NCBI GenBank assembly: GCA_965202585.1
Contig: OZ241827.1
Coordinates: forward strand, 74,958,001-75,022,000
Direction of reading: 5' to 3'
DNA length: 64,000 bases
Origin: Thalia democratica
Lineage: Eukaryota
The notes under the pieces are model-generated. The model was given only the letters and a program-made list of their open reading frames with translations, had not been told where the DNA came from and did not search any database. Made by a program: the position numbers and the translations under genes. Below are positions 49,969-64,000 of this stretch, piece after piece (positions within the stretch are counted from its first letter, which is position 1; every line of letters begins with the position of its first letter).

Positions 49969-52232
49969 GACTGCTATTAAACTACTTTTACGTATTATAT
50001 ATTCATGATATTAGTATGGTGGGTAAGGTTTAACTTGCTGTTTTTAAACCAACAAACTTATATGTAAAGTTTGAGTACAGTTAGTACATGAATATAGATA
50101 CTAAGTGTGCATGAAAATTTTTACTATGTCTTTTTGTAATAAATTAAGATGCTTTTGATAAAAAAACAACGTGTTAACCTCAAATCAGTATAAATTAGAA
50201 TTTACTGATATTATACTAAAATTTAATTAAAGTGACTCAATTAAAACTGTGGATTTCAAGTTCAGCCTAATAAAATCTATCATCTTAGATTCGATGGTCT
50301 TTTATTCTAACAGTTGTATAACACATTTTTAGCAAACTAATTAATATTTTTTATACACTAAAATTCTTTTGAGATGTTTTTTGTTTTTGAACTTATGCAA
50401 ACACAATTATAAGGAAAGTTCATCAAATAAAAAAAATTGAAATTAATATGAGCTTTATTCAAAAAACTAACCAAACTAAACATTTGGTGACTAGACTTTA
50501 TAATCAAGTCTAAATGTAATTTAGCTTATTTTGTTACTATAAACATTTTCAGTCATAAAACTAAGTGTTTATATAAACAAGCGATTACAACGTTTTATAA
50601 ACTATAACTGTTTTAAAGTTTCCTACAAGATAAAATTCATGCACTATGCCATTTTAGTCTTTAGCTTGTTTTAACTTTTTGTTTATTTGATGATTTTATT
50701 TTGTTGTAACTGATGAATTACTGGTATTGTTACCACTGTGAAACTGTAGTTTTCAAATGAAATTAAATCACTAGTAAGTCGTTTATCTGAAGCTTTATAA
50801 TTTTTAAATTGAGCATAGTTTTATAAGCTTAATTGAAGTGATTCCAAATAAAAATCTAATTATTATTTACAAGTATCTGTTTGATTTTTAACTTTCAAGC
50901 TTTATTGTTGAATACATGTGTTTGAAAGTGTTTATTTTAGTATCTTAAAAAACAGGTAGTTGAACTAGTATATTTAAAACTCAGACTTTTTAAATTGTTG
51001 TTTAAATCAAAAAAAATATATTTTTTAACTTGTTAGATGTTAATCTGTAAAACAAGTATCCATAAGTTTTGCTTGGTTTTATTGATTTTAACGCCCTTAA
51101 GTTTGTTGGAATTAAATTATCAGTATGCTACGAAATTATTTAATAAACTACTGATTTTTCCATTAGCAGCACTATAAGCTTCAGAAGACTAAATGTGACA
51201 TAAACAGACTCTTGTAAAACAAAAAAAAATGGAGACAGAATATAATTTTTAACACTTTTACACTAGAATTTCTAGAACTAAATTAAATAATTCATTCCAT
51301 TTTTAACCTTGTATTACGCTTTAAAACCACAAACAAATAAAACATTGAAAATCTGCTTAGCTAAATGTTTATGTTTAAAATAGTTTTTAACAAAAAACTT
51401 TATATTTAAATTTTTGTAATATTCAAACCATTGATTTCTTAAAACTTGTTATAAAAACATGCTTCTATGTTTATTTTAATAAGAAATTTTTTTTATCAAC
51501 ACTCCATAGCTTACTTACTAGCAATTTACCAATAAACAACTAAATAAGTATTAAATGACTTAGTCGGCTATAAAGCCAGTATTTTTATTTATTTTACAGC
51601 TAAAATACACAAAAACGAATGCAGAAGATTCTGGAGATTATAAAAAATATTTGGTAAAACAACATTGAACAGAAAATATAAAATGTGTAAAATATAACAA
51701 ACAAAAATTAACTTTAAGCACAACACTTGAACATTCTTTTAGGAATGTATTAATAAAATTTATACAGCATATCGAAACTTTCCTATATTTTTATTTAGTT
51801 GTTAAGTGCAAAGTTTAATGTTACTTATATTTAAATAACTTTTATTATTTTGCAAGGCAAGGAGTTTAAATCAGGTTCCTGAATGTCATTTACAAAAAAA
51901 CTTGTTTTAGTCGAGATTAAATATGATTTTTAACAAATACTTTGACATTAAATTAAAACTCAACTAGTGGAAGTATTTTAAAACACATAAAAATTAATAT
52001 ATATTAAAAATAACGTCAAAAAAAGTACTGAAACTTGATAAGAGAGATTAGATTATGAAAAACAAAAAAAAGATTTTGCATGATGAAAACTAAACGATCA
52101 CTATCATTAAAAAAATTATTACTTTCTAAATAAAAATTATAAAAAAAAGCAACAACAGAAACAACAACATTCTTTTAATTTAGGAAATATTTTATATAAC
52201 TTTATTTTTAATTATTAGGAAACAATTCAATT

Positions 52233-52631
52233 TCACTTTCTCTTATCCGAGTCGTCCAGGTAGTCTTCGTCCTGGTTCATGAACCGAGACGTGTTTCTCC
52301 TCTCCATCCTGGTCAGCCACGCCTTGCAACCCGCGTCACTCGTCAGCATAACGGGGGTTTTCCCCTCGTTGCTACGCGCGTTAGTATCCGCCCCCTGGCA
52401 ACCAGCATCTCGACGATGTCGTCGTGGCCCTTCCACGCGGCCCCGTGAAGTGGGGTTTCCCCCAACATGTTCTTGGCGTCGATGTTGGTGAGGTGGTTGC
52501 CAAGCAACGCTCTCGCGCACTCCACGTGGCCACCCCTGCACGCCCAGTGAAATGGGGTGTTGCCGGACGAGTCGGGCTGGTTGACGGGGATTTTGGTCAA
52601 CAGGCACTCCTCCAGGAACGAAATGTTTCCC
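52233..52631 (-). pseudogene. OSTF1: Frameshifted OSTF1-like fragment, copy 2
   Basis: Same C5 frameshift (52391-52395). Reads HWACRGGH, GHDDIVEML, SRFMNQ and ends DSDKRK*. Confidence 0.8.
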
Positions 52632-53288
52632 CTGTTTTGAGAAAAGTGTTTTTGTTTTCTTGTAGAAGTACCCATAAAATGATAAACATAATAACATCAG
52701 TGATATTCAACAGTTTATTTGATTACTACGAGTTTCTCTGCTAAAGCTTTCAGTCAGGTATATTATTGTTATTATTGCTCACTAATTGAAACAGAACTCT
52801 TAATTTTTAAATTAGTGTTTTAGTCCAAAAGTTATTATGCTACAATGAGGCTAACATTTAATTAAATTAATAAAATTAATTATGTGTTACATTATGTTGC
52901 TTTAAGCCCACCTACTTAACTACTTATCAATGAAGTAAACACATAATTTTCGTAATCAATCGTATCCTAAACTTGCTAAAAAATAATATTGGTTTTAAAC
53001 TATGAAAACTTACACTAAAACTAGACTTTGTTTTTTAAGCTATAAATCTGAGTAAAAAAAAAACGATTGTAATATTGTACGAAGTTTAAAACAAACACAA
53101 TTTCTACTGTTTTAAAAAATAATCATTCTAATAAACTTATAAAATAAATGAAAACTATTTAATTGGCTTTACATATGTGTTTTTAAATTAAACCTTAAAC
53201 TGTAAGCTAATTTACAAATTGTATTAGTTTATAATCAAAAAGCAGAATAAATTAAACATGAAAAGTATTTTTTTAAATATGTCTAACA

Positions 53289-53784
53289 CAGTAGTCGTCA
53301 AGCTAATCAAGTTTTGTGTGCGCCAAGCTGCAAAAAAAAGATCGGTGCACCCCAAAATCTAGTTTTAATAAGCGCCGCTAGTGGTGGGACTACGTAAACA
53401 CTTTTATTAGTGCATTTCTCCTTAAAATTCATAAATCAGTTTGTAATTACATGCAACCATTTAACAACTGAAGCTGAAACTTGAAAATTGACCTCTTTAT
53501 TTGTTTTACCTTATTTTTACAATGATATTTTAAATAAATGGCTTTGTCTTACATACTTATTAATTAAACACTTCTTCGTAATTACTACAAAATCCCTAGT
53601 TTAGTATTCTTTAAATACTTTATTAGCTATTAACTACATATTTAATCTAACTATATGTTTTTTTTTGTAATCTCAAAATTTCGTGCACTCCTAAATGAGT
53701 TTCGTGTACCCTAAAAATTTCGTGAACCCCAAAAAAAGTTTTAAGTACACTAGTGTGCACCAGTGTACACCTTGACGACCACTG
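53289..53784. mobile_element. Copy-2 hAT-type element
   Basis: TSD GTCTAACA on both sides; right TIR CTTGACGACCACTG. Confidence 0.9.
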
Positions 53785-55914
53785 GTCTAACATGTCATAC
53801 TTTATATTTAAATTAAAATGCTTACTTTTAATTATTTAGTATATGCTTAATACAAAAATAACACTGTTATAAAGCATTTTAACGGCTTATTTTTATGTGC
53901 TATGTGAACTGTTTGATTATCTAAGATTTATTACATTTTTTATTAGAGTAATTTTGATACTAACGACTAAAAAATAGTTATGCTTCAAACAAAATCATAA
54001 AACTGTGTTTGTTATACTATAATAGGAACGTTTTTGAACGTATTTATATACCATTTGCAACTTATTATTAATAGATTTTTCATTTTGTTTTATATTTTAT
54101 TACACAAAGATTTTCAAAACTATACGAGTTTCATTCTCAAGTGATAAATAATAAATAAATAAAAAATTTTGGCTAGTAAACAGCTTAAAAATTAACTTTA
54201 AATTATGACGTATGAATAAATTCAATTAAATACAAAATTTAGAGATTTAGCAAGTAAAACTAAAGTAAAGGTATGTTTATTTAATGATTGTTACTATTTT
54301 TGCTTTTCCATTTAATGCTATTTGCGTATTTAAATTAGGTTGCTCTTCCTCAATCAATATAAAAAATTTCAACAAGTAACAAAATTAACCCAACCTTTAA
54401 TGACAAAATCGATTTTCTTGACACAACAGAAAAGTTTATTTATGATGCACAATGATGATTCCAGGCTGTAGAGTTCGCTTTTTTTACATTGTTTCAAAAC
54501 TTAAAAATTTTTCAAATTTCACTTATTATTTATTACTTGAGAATGAAACTCGTATAGTTTCGAAAAGCTATGTATAATAAAATTTAAAACAAAATGAAAA
54601 ATCTATTAATAATAAGTATTATAGCTTTTTTACATCATGTGAAAACTAAAATAAGAATAAGTTAAATTAAAAATTAAAATACAGCTTTTATTGGAACTCT
54701 ACTTATATTTTAGTTTATTAATGTTTTTTGCGGCTGTTTTTAATGATTATTTTATGATACAATACTTGGCAGTAAAACTATCATAAAATATATTAACTAA
54801 AAAAAAATAACATATAAACTAAGCAATAAAACCACAAAGCAGTAAAAAGTATGAGACTTTGACACTTTTCAAATAAAAGTTTTCATGTTAAAAAAATGAG
54901 CTATGAAAACTTGTTGAAATATCAAACTATTTTGAAGCACATAATATTTATTAAATAATATAATAAATAAAAAATGAAAATAACTTGGAGTTTCAAGTTA
55001 TAAATTTTCTGAAATTTTAAACTATTTAAACATGTTTTAGCCAAATAATTTAATGCTCAATAAAAATTTTTAGAACATAATTTAATTTAATTTTTTGAAA
55101 TATAAAAGTGTTATTATTATAAGGAAAATATTCAAAATAATTATTTTCGTTTGTTTTACTTTGTTCTAATTACATGATGAATGCTGACAGTTTTAGTTTT
55201 GAAAGTCAATAACTTTACATTATAAAAGTTTTTCTACTTAGTTTGAACCTTTTAAAATAAAGAAAATTACAAACTAGAAATAAGAAAAAAAAGTTTGTCA
55301 TGAAAATAATAGTTTTTTCATTGTTAACTTAACCACTAAATTAAGTTTTACTAGACAATTTTAGTTACTTATAAACTTGTTTAAGGCTAGTATACATAAA
55401 GGTTAGTTTGAGCTCAAAAATATTGAAAAAAGCATAGTCAGCAAAAAAAACTTTCTATGATTTTTTTAATTAAACTTGTCTTTATTTATTTAATAATACA
55501 TAAATACGACGAATCAATTTCTGCAGTTTAAAAAGTGCTTCTTTTACAAACTTAACTTAAAACAAACTACTGTAAAAAATTTTTATATCAAAATTGAACA
55601 TTTTTGTTCGAAAAAAAACCATTCACAGGTCTCCTTAACCAGTAGTGATAAACATAAAATGTCTTAAAAATAAAAGAAAGAATTCTTTTATTAGGTGTTG
55701 TAGAATTACATGCTATTTGTCCCTGCAAAGTAAGCTTTTAAATGTTACTATTTTGCTTTATTTGGTTTATCAGACAAGAAATTTTGTTTTTTAGTTATTT
55801 ACTGTAAAATAAAAATGTACATAAAAAATTTGCTTTATTATTTATTATAAATGATTGCATTTTAAAATTTAACTTTTAAGGTCAACTCTCAAAGTTTAGA
55901 AACTAAAACAAAAA

Positions 55915-55987
55915 TGACCACGATGGGACTCGAACCCACAATCTTCCGGTTCGTAGCCGGACGCCTTATCCATTGGGCCACGCGGCC
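55915..55987 (-). tRNA. tRNA-Arg(ACG)
   Basis: Identical to 8603-8675. Confidence 0.97.
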
Positions 55988-57589
55988 GGTCGTTTGAAAT
56001 CATATATTGAAGTATATAATATTATAACGAGCGCATGAAATATTAATTTCATATTTTTCAGTGCTACATTGCGTTATCAATATATCAAACTAAAACAGGT
56101 CATAGTTAGATCGAATTTCAATACACTTGACAAGTAATATTACAGCTTTAAGTAAAAATTTAGTTGTATCAATCTTCAGTATCAAAATATTTTATTTCCT
56201 CTCTTTTTAATTTTTTTTTTATTATACATATATATAGATTTAAGAGAGTTTTCTTTAAGGTTACTCGATCAATTTTATTTTTATAGTTTTAATTTTACTT
56301 CTCTTTTTATTTTACTTCATCGCTCTGTATGTTGTTTTACAGCTTTATTTTGTATCTGAAGAGCTGCTCTGCAGTAAAACGATGTAATAAAAATAAAATA
56401 AGAAAAGTTAGTGTATTAGATATTTATATTGCTCATCATATACAAAAAAAAAGTTGTAAAAAAAAGTACAGAGCGATGAACTAAAATAAAAATAGAAGTA
56501 AAAATAAAACTATAATTATGAAAATAACTTTTCATCTCTGTTTACCGATATGCGTTTTTTAAAATAGAATCAGCTGAAGATTAAAGACAACTTTTTTTTG
56601 TTTTTATTAAATATATGTTCTGGAATTTTTAAAATCGCATTTTTCTATTAAATTATTTAAAAGCCCTTAAAGTTGGCTCTGTAGAAAGTGATAAAAATAA
56701 AATAATCACTTTATTTTCTATATATACATATATAACTTATTAAGAATCTGCGATTTTGAAAACTTCAGAACATATGTTTTATAAAGACAAAAACAAATTG
56801 TTTACTTATATATTTTAAGTTAAATCAGCTGAAGACTAAAGACATTTTTATGTGTTTTTATGAAACATATGTTCTGGAATTTTTAAAATCGCATTTTTCT
56901 TATTAGTTATTTAAAAGCCCTTCAAGTGGGCTCTGTAGAAAGTGATTAAGTTTATAAGTATATAATTTATATAATTGTATATAATTGTATATATATTTAT
57001 ATGTATAGAGTATTGAACTAGCTGAAGATTAAAGAGAATCTTTTTCTCGTTTTTATGAAACACATATTCTGGAGTTTTTAAAATCGCATTTTCCTGATGA
57101 ATTATATAAAGTAATAAAATGTATAAACATAATATAACTAATATTATTCAACCAAATCAATCTTCACCGAGCCCATTTGAAAGGGCTTTTACATATTTAA
57201 TTCAAATGCAAAACTGAAAATAAAACAGCAACTGTTTTATGTAGCTTTTTGCTACAATCATCAGCTATTTAAATTAAAAGTAGTTACTCAAATATAAAGT
57301 ACTGGAGTAAACAAAGTACAAAAAATCATAAAGATATAACTTCGAATTTTTTCACGGCGTTTTAGTGCTATAAGTAAAATAACTTTTCTTTCTTAAATAG
57401 GCGTGAAATAGAGAACCAAGAATTATAATAATAATTTATTCATAACACAAATTTTATTTAAATAATAAAGGTTTTTAGTAACTATACTTGTTAAATATTT
57501 ATATAAAGCTATTGTTCACCATAACTTAATGTCACAATTAAAAGTAAATCTAAATAAAACAATCAAAAGTATATATACAATAAAAACAA

Positions 57590-57672
57590 TGACAGGAGCG
57601 GGATTCGAACCCGCGCCTACAATGTAGACTGCGACCTGGACGCAGCGCCTTAGACCACTCGGCCATCCTGCC
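57590..57672 (-). tRNA. tRNA-Leu(CAG) variant with C33 (possibly impaired)
   Basis: Anticodon loop reads TC-CAG-GT instead of TT-CAG-GT; it also has C48 where copy 1 has T. Confidence 0.85.
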
Positions 57673-59260
57673 ACATGGGAGAGAGGTTTTTTACACAATA
57701 TAAACCTTATACATCAAATCAATTTTTGCCTCTGTCCAAAATTATATTACAAATAAAATAGAGATATACGTAACAACTAACTTTTTAAGCTCCGAAACTT
57801 TTTTTAAATTTTGCTGTAATTTATGACTACTGACAGTCTGAAAAGTAAAAGTCAAATATAGTTGTTTTCTCTTTTGCAAAATTAGTTTGTATATAATGTT
57901 TAACCTCGCTCATTGAATTAAATTCACATATATGTATTTTTGAGTAGATAAAAAAGTAATTAAGTGATAGGAAAATAAATTGAGTTAAACTTAAATTTTA
58001 AGCAATATTACGTCATTAAATTACCTAGTCAAAATTAGAAACGTCTAAGATGCAAATTGCAGGTATATATAATTGTATATTTATATATAAAAAAATTTTC
58101 GCTAAGCTTATTTTTGGACTTATAAATAGTTTATCATAAAATGTACCATTCCAAAAAAAGTACAATTGTTTCATATATGCTTTTGCATACTATTTTTAGC
58201 TATTTGAATTCGAAATATTTTGAAAGTACATAACATTAGTTAATTACATAAAAAGCAAAGACCATTACAATCTTATCTCAAATTTTAATAAACTTTGAAA
58301 CTTGGAATTTTGTGGTTTTGTAACTTTAATTGTTTGTTTCCAACAAAATTATATTTTTTCAATGATATTCATTTTGTGCAAAATTTCATAACTACGACAA
58401 AATTTTATTTGCTTAGTTTCGTAATTTATAAACTAATTCTATGTACATTTGACTTATTTTGTTTTAAAACAGCTGAATATTGTATGCAAAGCATTTATTA
58501 AACATGTGTACTTTTTTTTTTCGAATATTTTATTCTAACAAATTATATATAACTATGTTTGTTTAACTCAATCTTTCTTCAATAAGCTCGGTTTGAAGGA
58601 ATTTGGAATATTATCTTTAAATTTTTTAAATTAACGTAAAATAGTAATATTGTTTCATATAACGAAAACATATTTGTTGTTTATACGTTATACATATTTA
58701 TTGTTTATACGTTTATATGTTTATAAGAGGTTTGCTTAAATAAGAGTAGTGAATTTTCATTGTCTTGCATACATATAAGAATAGTTTTCTTAAAGTTTAA
58801 GAAGCTTTAAATTTTGGAGTCTTTTTAATATCTAAATAAAATATAATTCAAAATTACGTCAGAATGTTTTGTTTACTCCTGTACAGTCAGTTTAATTTTT
58901 TATTTCTAATTCGAATTGTGAGAATTATAGGAATAAGCTACATGAAACAAAACAATTGTCCTATTCTTTTCGATGTTTTAATGAAAATGTACACGTTTTT
59001 ACTTGTTTTGTTAAGTTCGTGGATGGTAAAAGTAGTTCACCACTCTACGTAGCTGTCATAAAAGCAAACTTATGCTGCATGGATGTTACGTAAAACTTAC
59101 CTTTTTAAAATTTTGTTATTGTACTTCTAAATTTGCTTTTCATTGAATAGAGCACCTGGCTAAGGAAGCGTTTAGAGCGCTGAAATTGTTGGCTTAGGCA
59201 AAAGTTGTATTTTAAGTTCGTAGACCTATATATATATATATATATATGTCTGAAACAGCT

Positions 59261-59402
59261 GTCTGAAACAGCTGTATAAATTATAGTTTTTATTTAATTA
59301 GCTAAATAAATAAATAAATAAATATATATATATATATATATTTATTTATTTATTTATTTAGCTAATTAAATAAAAACTATAATTTATACAGCTGTTTCAG
59401 AC
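59261..59402. repeat. Perfect 142-bp spacer-less AT-rich palindrome
   Basis: Centre is (taaa)5(ta)9(ttta)5. The two 71-bp halves are exact reverse complements when checked by eye. Confidence 0.95.
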
Positions 59403-60601
59403 ATGAAATGTAAAATTTCATGTGCTCCTCAGTAAGTTACAGTTTATTATAATAGTAAACTGAAATTTAGATTTTGAAAATTTTATAATAATTGTGACGT
59501 AGTAATATTACAGTTTAATGTACAATTAGCTGAATTTGAAAATAATACGCTGTAGTTTTATATATATATATATATAAAAACATAAATACATTTATTGAGT
59601 TATTTTTTAAAATCATATATTTACAAATAAAGTAAAATAAAAAATAAGTCAATTTCACTGAGCCCACTTAAAGGGCTTAAATAGTTTATTACAAAATGTT
59701 AAACTCAAAACAAGCAGCACATAATTTTCATAAAGCTCAACGCTATAATCTTCTGCTGTTTACTTATAAAGTATATGTGTTTGTTTAATTGCTTGCTTTG
59801 TTAAAACTCAGTTATAATACTATATACTTTATGTACAAAGTAGAGCAAATTATATTTATAGTTTCAACAAAAAAAAGCAGACTACATACATAATACATAT
59901 GTTTTTCAACCAAATTATTTAGCTTTCAGTGCTTTCCAGATTGTGTTTAACCAAAGTATTTATAGCTATATATATATATATATATAAAATAAGGTGATTG
60001 TTTAAAGTCAACCTGTTTCTACAGAGCCAACTTGAAGAACATTTATATAATTTATTAATAAAAATTACGATTTTTAAAATACTAGTACATATGTTTCATA
60101 AAAGCAAGAAAAACTGTTTTTAATCTTCAGCTAGTTTGAATTTAAAATAAAAAAACATTTTAGTAAATAGAGATGCAAAAGTTATACAAAAAACAAAAAA
60201 CAATATGATGTAAGAATTGAAGATTGTACATTAAAAATATTCGGTGCAAAAATATTTCATCTAACTAAACAAACAACTAAATTTCACAATACCACAGTCA
60301 AGCGACTGTAAAATACAATAATTTTAAAAGATTTTTATGGCCGCTTAACTGTGGTTTTTGTGAAATTTAGTTGGGTGTTTAGTTAGGTAGAAGATCAATT
60401 TTTTAACCAAATATTTGTAATGTTAAAAGTAAAGTTAAAAAACTGTGTGTTTTGTTTTGTGCGTTATTTTGAACTTGTTTTTAAGTTGATGAGTTCATAA
60501 GCACGAAACCTAGTTCTTCAAGTTTTACATCTTGAAATAAACCTTTTTGTTAAAAAAGCCCTTAAGGTGGGCTCTGTGTGAAAGGTTTAATTTATTAAGT
60601 T

Positions 60602-60820
60602 NNNNNNNNNNNNNNNNNNNNNNNNNNNNNNNNNNNNNNNNNNNNNNNNNNNNNNNNNNNNNNNNNNNNNNNNNNNNNNNNNNNNNNNNNNNNNNNNNNN
60701 NNNNNNNNNNNNNNNNNNNNNNNNNNNNNNNNNNNNNNNNNNNNNNNNNNNNNNNNNNNNNNNNNNNNNNNNNNNNNNNNNNNNNNNNNNNNNNNNNNNN
60801 NNNNNNNNNNNNNNNNNNNN
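60602..60820. other. N-run (219 nt)
   Basis: Same flanks as 13272-13468. Confidence 0.99.
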
Positions 60821-60923
60821 AAAATACTCAAACCATTTAGAAGTAGTGTCTAGTGTCTACCTGTATTTAGATTCTCAAAAACATATAGTTAAAATTAAGC
60901 TATTTTATTATTTACAAAAAATA

Positions 60924-60992
60924 TGGCCAGTAAAGGGGTCGTACCCGCGACATTCGCGATATTAGCACAACGCTCTAACCAACTGAGATAAC
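60924..60992 (-). pseudogene. tRNA-Ile(AAT) pseudogene, copy 2
   Basis: Identical to 13572-13640. Confidence 0.88.
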
Positions 60993-63900
60993 TATTTAAT
61001 TGACTAGCTAATAAATAACGTATAATAAGATATTGTATGACAATTATAATGGCTCTTTGAAAATACATTAAGTTATAAACGCTTTATTTGATACCTTTCT
61101 AGAAAATTAAGACCTGTTACTAGTATGCAAAAATAATATGCTTTAACTACTATCTATAAAATTTTACTAGTAAAGCTAAATTAAGAGTGTCTTATAAATA
61201 TTAATTAAAATGTGATAATTTTTTTTTCTTAAATTTATGAAGAAACTGAGCGGTTAAAGTTAATAAAAAAATGAACTATTAAACTTGTAAGTATTTTTAG
61301 CTGTAAAAGTGTTACTAACAATTTTATGTCCAACAATGTTTTTGACTAAAAAACTCTAATTAGTCACTTACTTAAAAACTTTACAACATGTGTATTGATT
61401 TGTTTTTAAGATCTAATCAAGTAAGTTAAAACAAGTATTTCGAATTAAATATTTTTACTTTTAGCAAGAGATTTTTACCAAGCATAACATAACTCAAACT
61501 TTAAAGTAAGTTTTGAATTCACAAAATGAAACACTTTTTACTTAGCTTGTGCCAATAAGCTGAAATTGAAAAGCAAAAATATTAAATTTGATTTAAGTAA
61601 ACTACTATTGTAGGTTTTCTGTACTAAATTGTTTTTAAGTTCAAAATTATTAGAAATGGAAATTATAAAGGTAAGTTGAATTCAGTTATTTAGTTATTTA
61701 AAAAACTAGCTTTATTGAAATTAACTACTTGATATTATATTTTAATTTAGTTGTTTGATTAAAAAAATAAACTACCTAATTTGATCACATTTATTTACAT
61801 TTATGATTTACATTTGTGATAAAGAATGATAATTTTTAATAATGTAAAGAAAGTTAATAAGTGCAAGTGCTTAAAATTTTGATATAAAATATGTTATACA
61901 ATTTATTTAATGACAGACTAAACAATCATACAACTTATTTCAATAAATGTAAAAATGTTTATTTTTGAAGCTAGTTTAGATCTTTGATTATTACTTTTCA
62001 ACTAAGTTAAAAGTTGATAAAATGTTTGTAAAACTTATTTTGAAAAAAAAACTGTTATTTTTAAAAGACTTAATTTTTTATGTTTGAAAAAAAAAGTTTT
62101 CTTTAAAATTTTGATATTATCAAACAACTTTGCATAGCTGATAAATTACATTAATATTAGCCTGTTATCATCAACTGTTAAAGCTCTAACTGCTTAGATG
62201 TGTGTTATAAACTATATTTTTTTTATTCATTGTGTAAGATATTGAATAATATTAAAGCATTATTTTTTATAAGCATATCAAATAGGTTGAATAAACTACA
62301 GTAGTATATTAAGATATGCATACAGTTTTCATATTGTACACAAAAACACAAGAGTATAAACTTTTGAATGATATTTAAAATGGTATTTTGAGTTATGGGT
62401 TACTTATAGTTACATTAGTGTAAGCAAAAACAAAATAAGAAATACTCACATGAAATATTTATTATTAAAGTTTATGATACTCAAACTATTATTTTTGTAC
62501 TGTTGGTTTTGTAATACTTAAAATAATAAGTATAAAAGAACATACTTAACTTGTACATTCACAAAAATGTTTAAATTAAAGTTGTGCTTATAAAAGTGTT
62601 TTTAAAACCTTAAACTTGTATCAATTAAAAACTACAATTTTAATTTATTACTATGTTTTAACATGTGGTAGTTTGTATAAATACTTATATGTTTATCATT
62701 GACAAAAACAGTAATTTTGTTGAAAATGTTTACAATCTTATTTGAAATGTTAGTATTGTCATAAGTAAAGTTAACTTAGTTTTAACTGTTATATGTTAAT
62801 GAGATAGAAACAAAACAGAAAAAATATTCGTAATGAATTAAGTGTAATCAACAAAAGTACATTTTAAGAAAACTTAATCTCACACTACTAAAACTTAAAC
62901 ATTTAGTTTTAAATGTACTTATTGTTTTCAACATTTTGTGTACAGTACTAGTAAAGTAAATATATACATATCAGTTTTCAATGATTTTGTTCATTTCATT
63001 ATAATTGGAATTACTGCTACTAACTTTAAAAAAATCTTTACTAGATTAAGGCCATAGGGAGCTAGAAGCAATTGACCTAAAAAATTATCTTTGGCTACTA
63101 TGAGTACTTAAAAATAAACCATAAGATTATTGTTTATAAAATTCAAAAACTTTATTAAATTTTTAAGGTATAGTCATTTTTCTCAAAGGTTTCTGATAAG
63201 ACCGTATAGACCAAAAGTTTTTCATGGTCAATTTTCACTGAAACTTAGAAATTAACCCGAAAATTTATCTTCTTCATTTTAAAGCTACTTTCCTCAAATG
63301 TATAGGAAATTGGACTTGTAATATGAAAAAATTTCCTATTGTCAAGTTTAGAAAATCATTAAATATTTAAAGATTGATGACTATAAGAAGAAAAAAATCT
63401 GTTTTTGTTTTATCTTATAAGAACAATTATATTTTTACTCAACATTTCTGATATCTCTTTGGTAGAATCGTTCATTATTAAATTGAGACTGTTGTCAAAA
63501 AAAGTGAGAAAATTGCTTAAACGCTGTTGGAGGAGATAAATTTTTATTAAAGCTTTTTTTGTCTTTTATATTTGGGCTCTTCATAAAAATCCTATTGAGC
63601 TCTTTGACTGTGTGCCTAAACATGTTAATAAAATATTTTTATTATAAGAAACAGTAAAAAGCAGCTGTTAGCTAATTTAATATCTTTGAAATAAAATTAA
63701 GATGCAAAAAAAATGTGATTAACCACAACTCACCACCCTATGCCCTTTAAAGGAACTTTGAACAGTTTTTTGAACATTTAAGTAAATGTTTCCGGTTTTT
63801 TTTTAGTTATATTATAATTGATTGGTTGCCTTAATGAAGGTTTGTAATACAAATGTAAACATTTGACACAAATTTCTTTTAAATTAACTTAAAATCTACT

Positions 63901-64000
63901 AAAGTTTTTCTGAGTAAACAGTTAAAGACATAAATTTAAAATAAGTTTAATAAAGTATATACTACTATTTAAAACAAATAAAGATTTTTAATTTATTTAT

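Larger units (their letters stand above)
48522..64000. repeat. Large tandem repeat unit, copy 2 (partial)
   Basis: Near-identical to 1-~16644. It differs by a ~38-bp minisatellite unit, a 1,170-bp deletion, microsatellite lengths and scattered SNPs. Confidence 0.95.

Overview
This is very AT-rich eukaryotic DNA (roughly 20-25% GC by eye) with animal-type tRNA sequences. A Hydra-like host is only a guess. The window holds about 1.3 units of a near-identical tandem repeat: copy 1 = 1-48521, copy 2 = 48522-64000, which matches 1-~16644. The period is 48,521 bp at the start and ~47.3 kb after a 1,170-bp deletion in copy 2. Each unit is a dispersed tRNA gene cluster with 18 apparently intact, intron-less tRNA genes (Pro x2, Arg x2, Leu x2, Ser x2, Lys x3, Gly x3, Trp x2, Val, Ala) and 5 tRNA pseudogenes. 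Every intact gene has a TATA-like element at about -25 to -35. Inside the unit is an older ~9-kb tandem duplication (~14.6-23.4 kb vs ~23.8-33.3 kb) that shows tRNA birth and death. The unit also holds several hAT- and MULE-type MITEs, many long hairpins, and an AT-rich palindrome that is a perfect 142-bp palindrome in copy 2. The only protein-like sequence is a ~390-bp, ~60%-GC, frameshifted fragment encoding the ankyrin/C-terminal half of an OSTF1-like protein. It is compositionally foreign and lies in a local divergence hotspot between the two copies. There is no intact protein-coding gene, no rRNA and no CRISPR array. All calls were made by eye; no searches were run.
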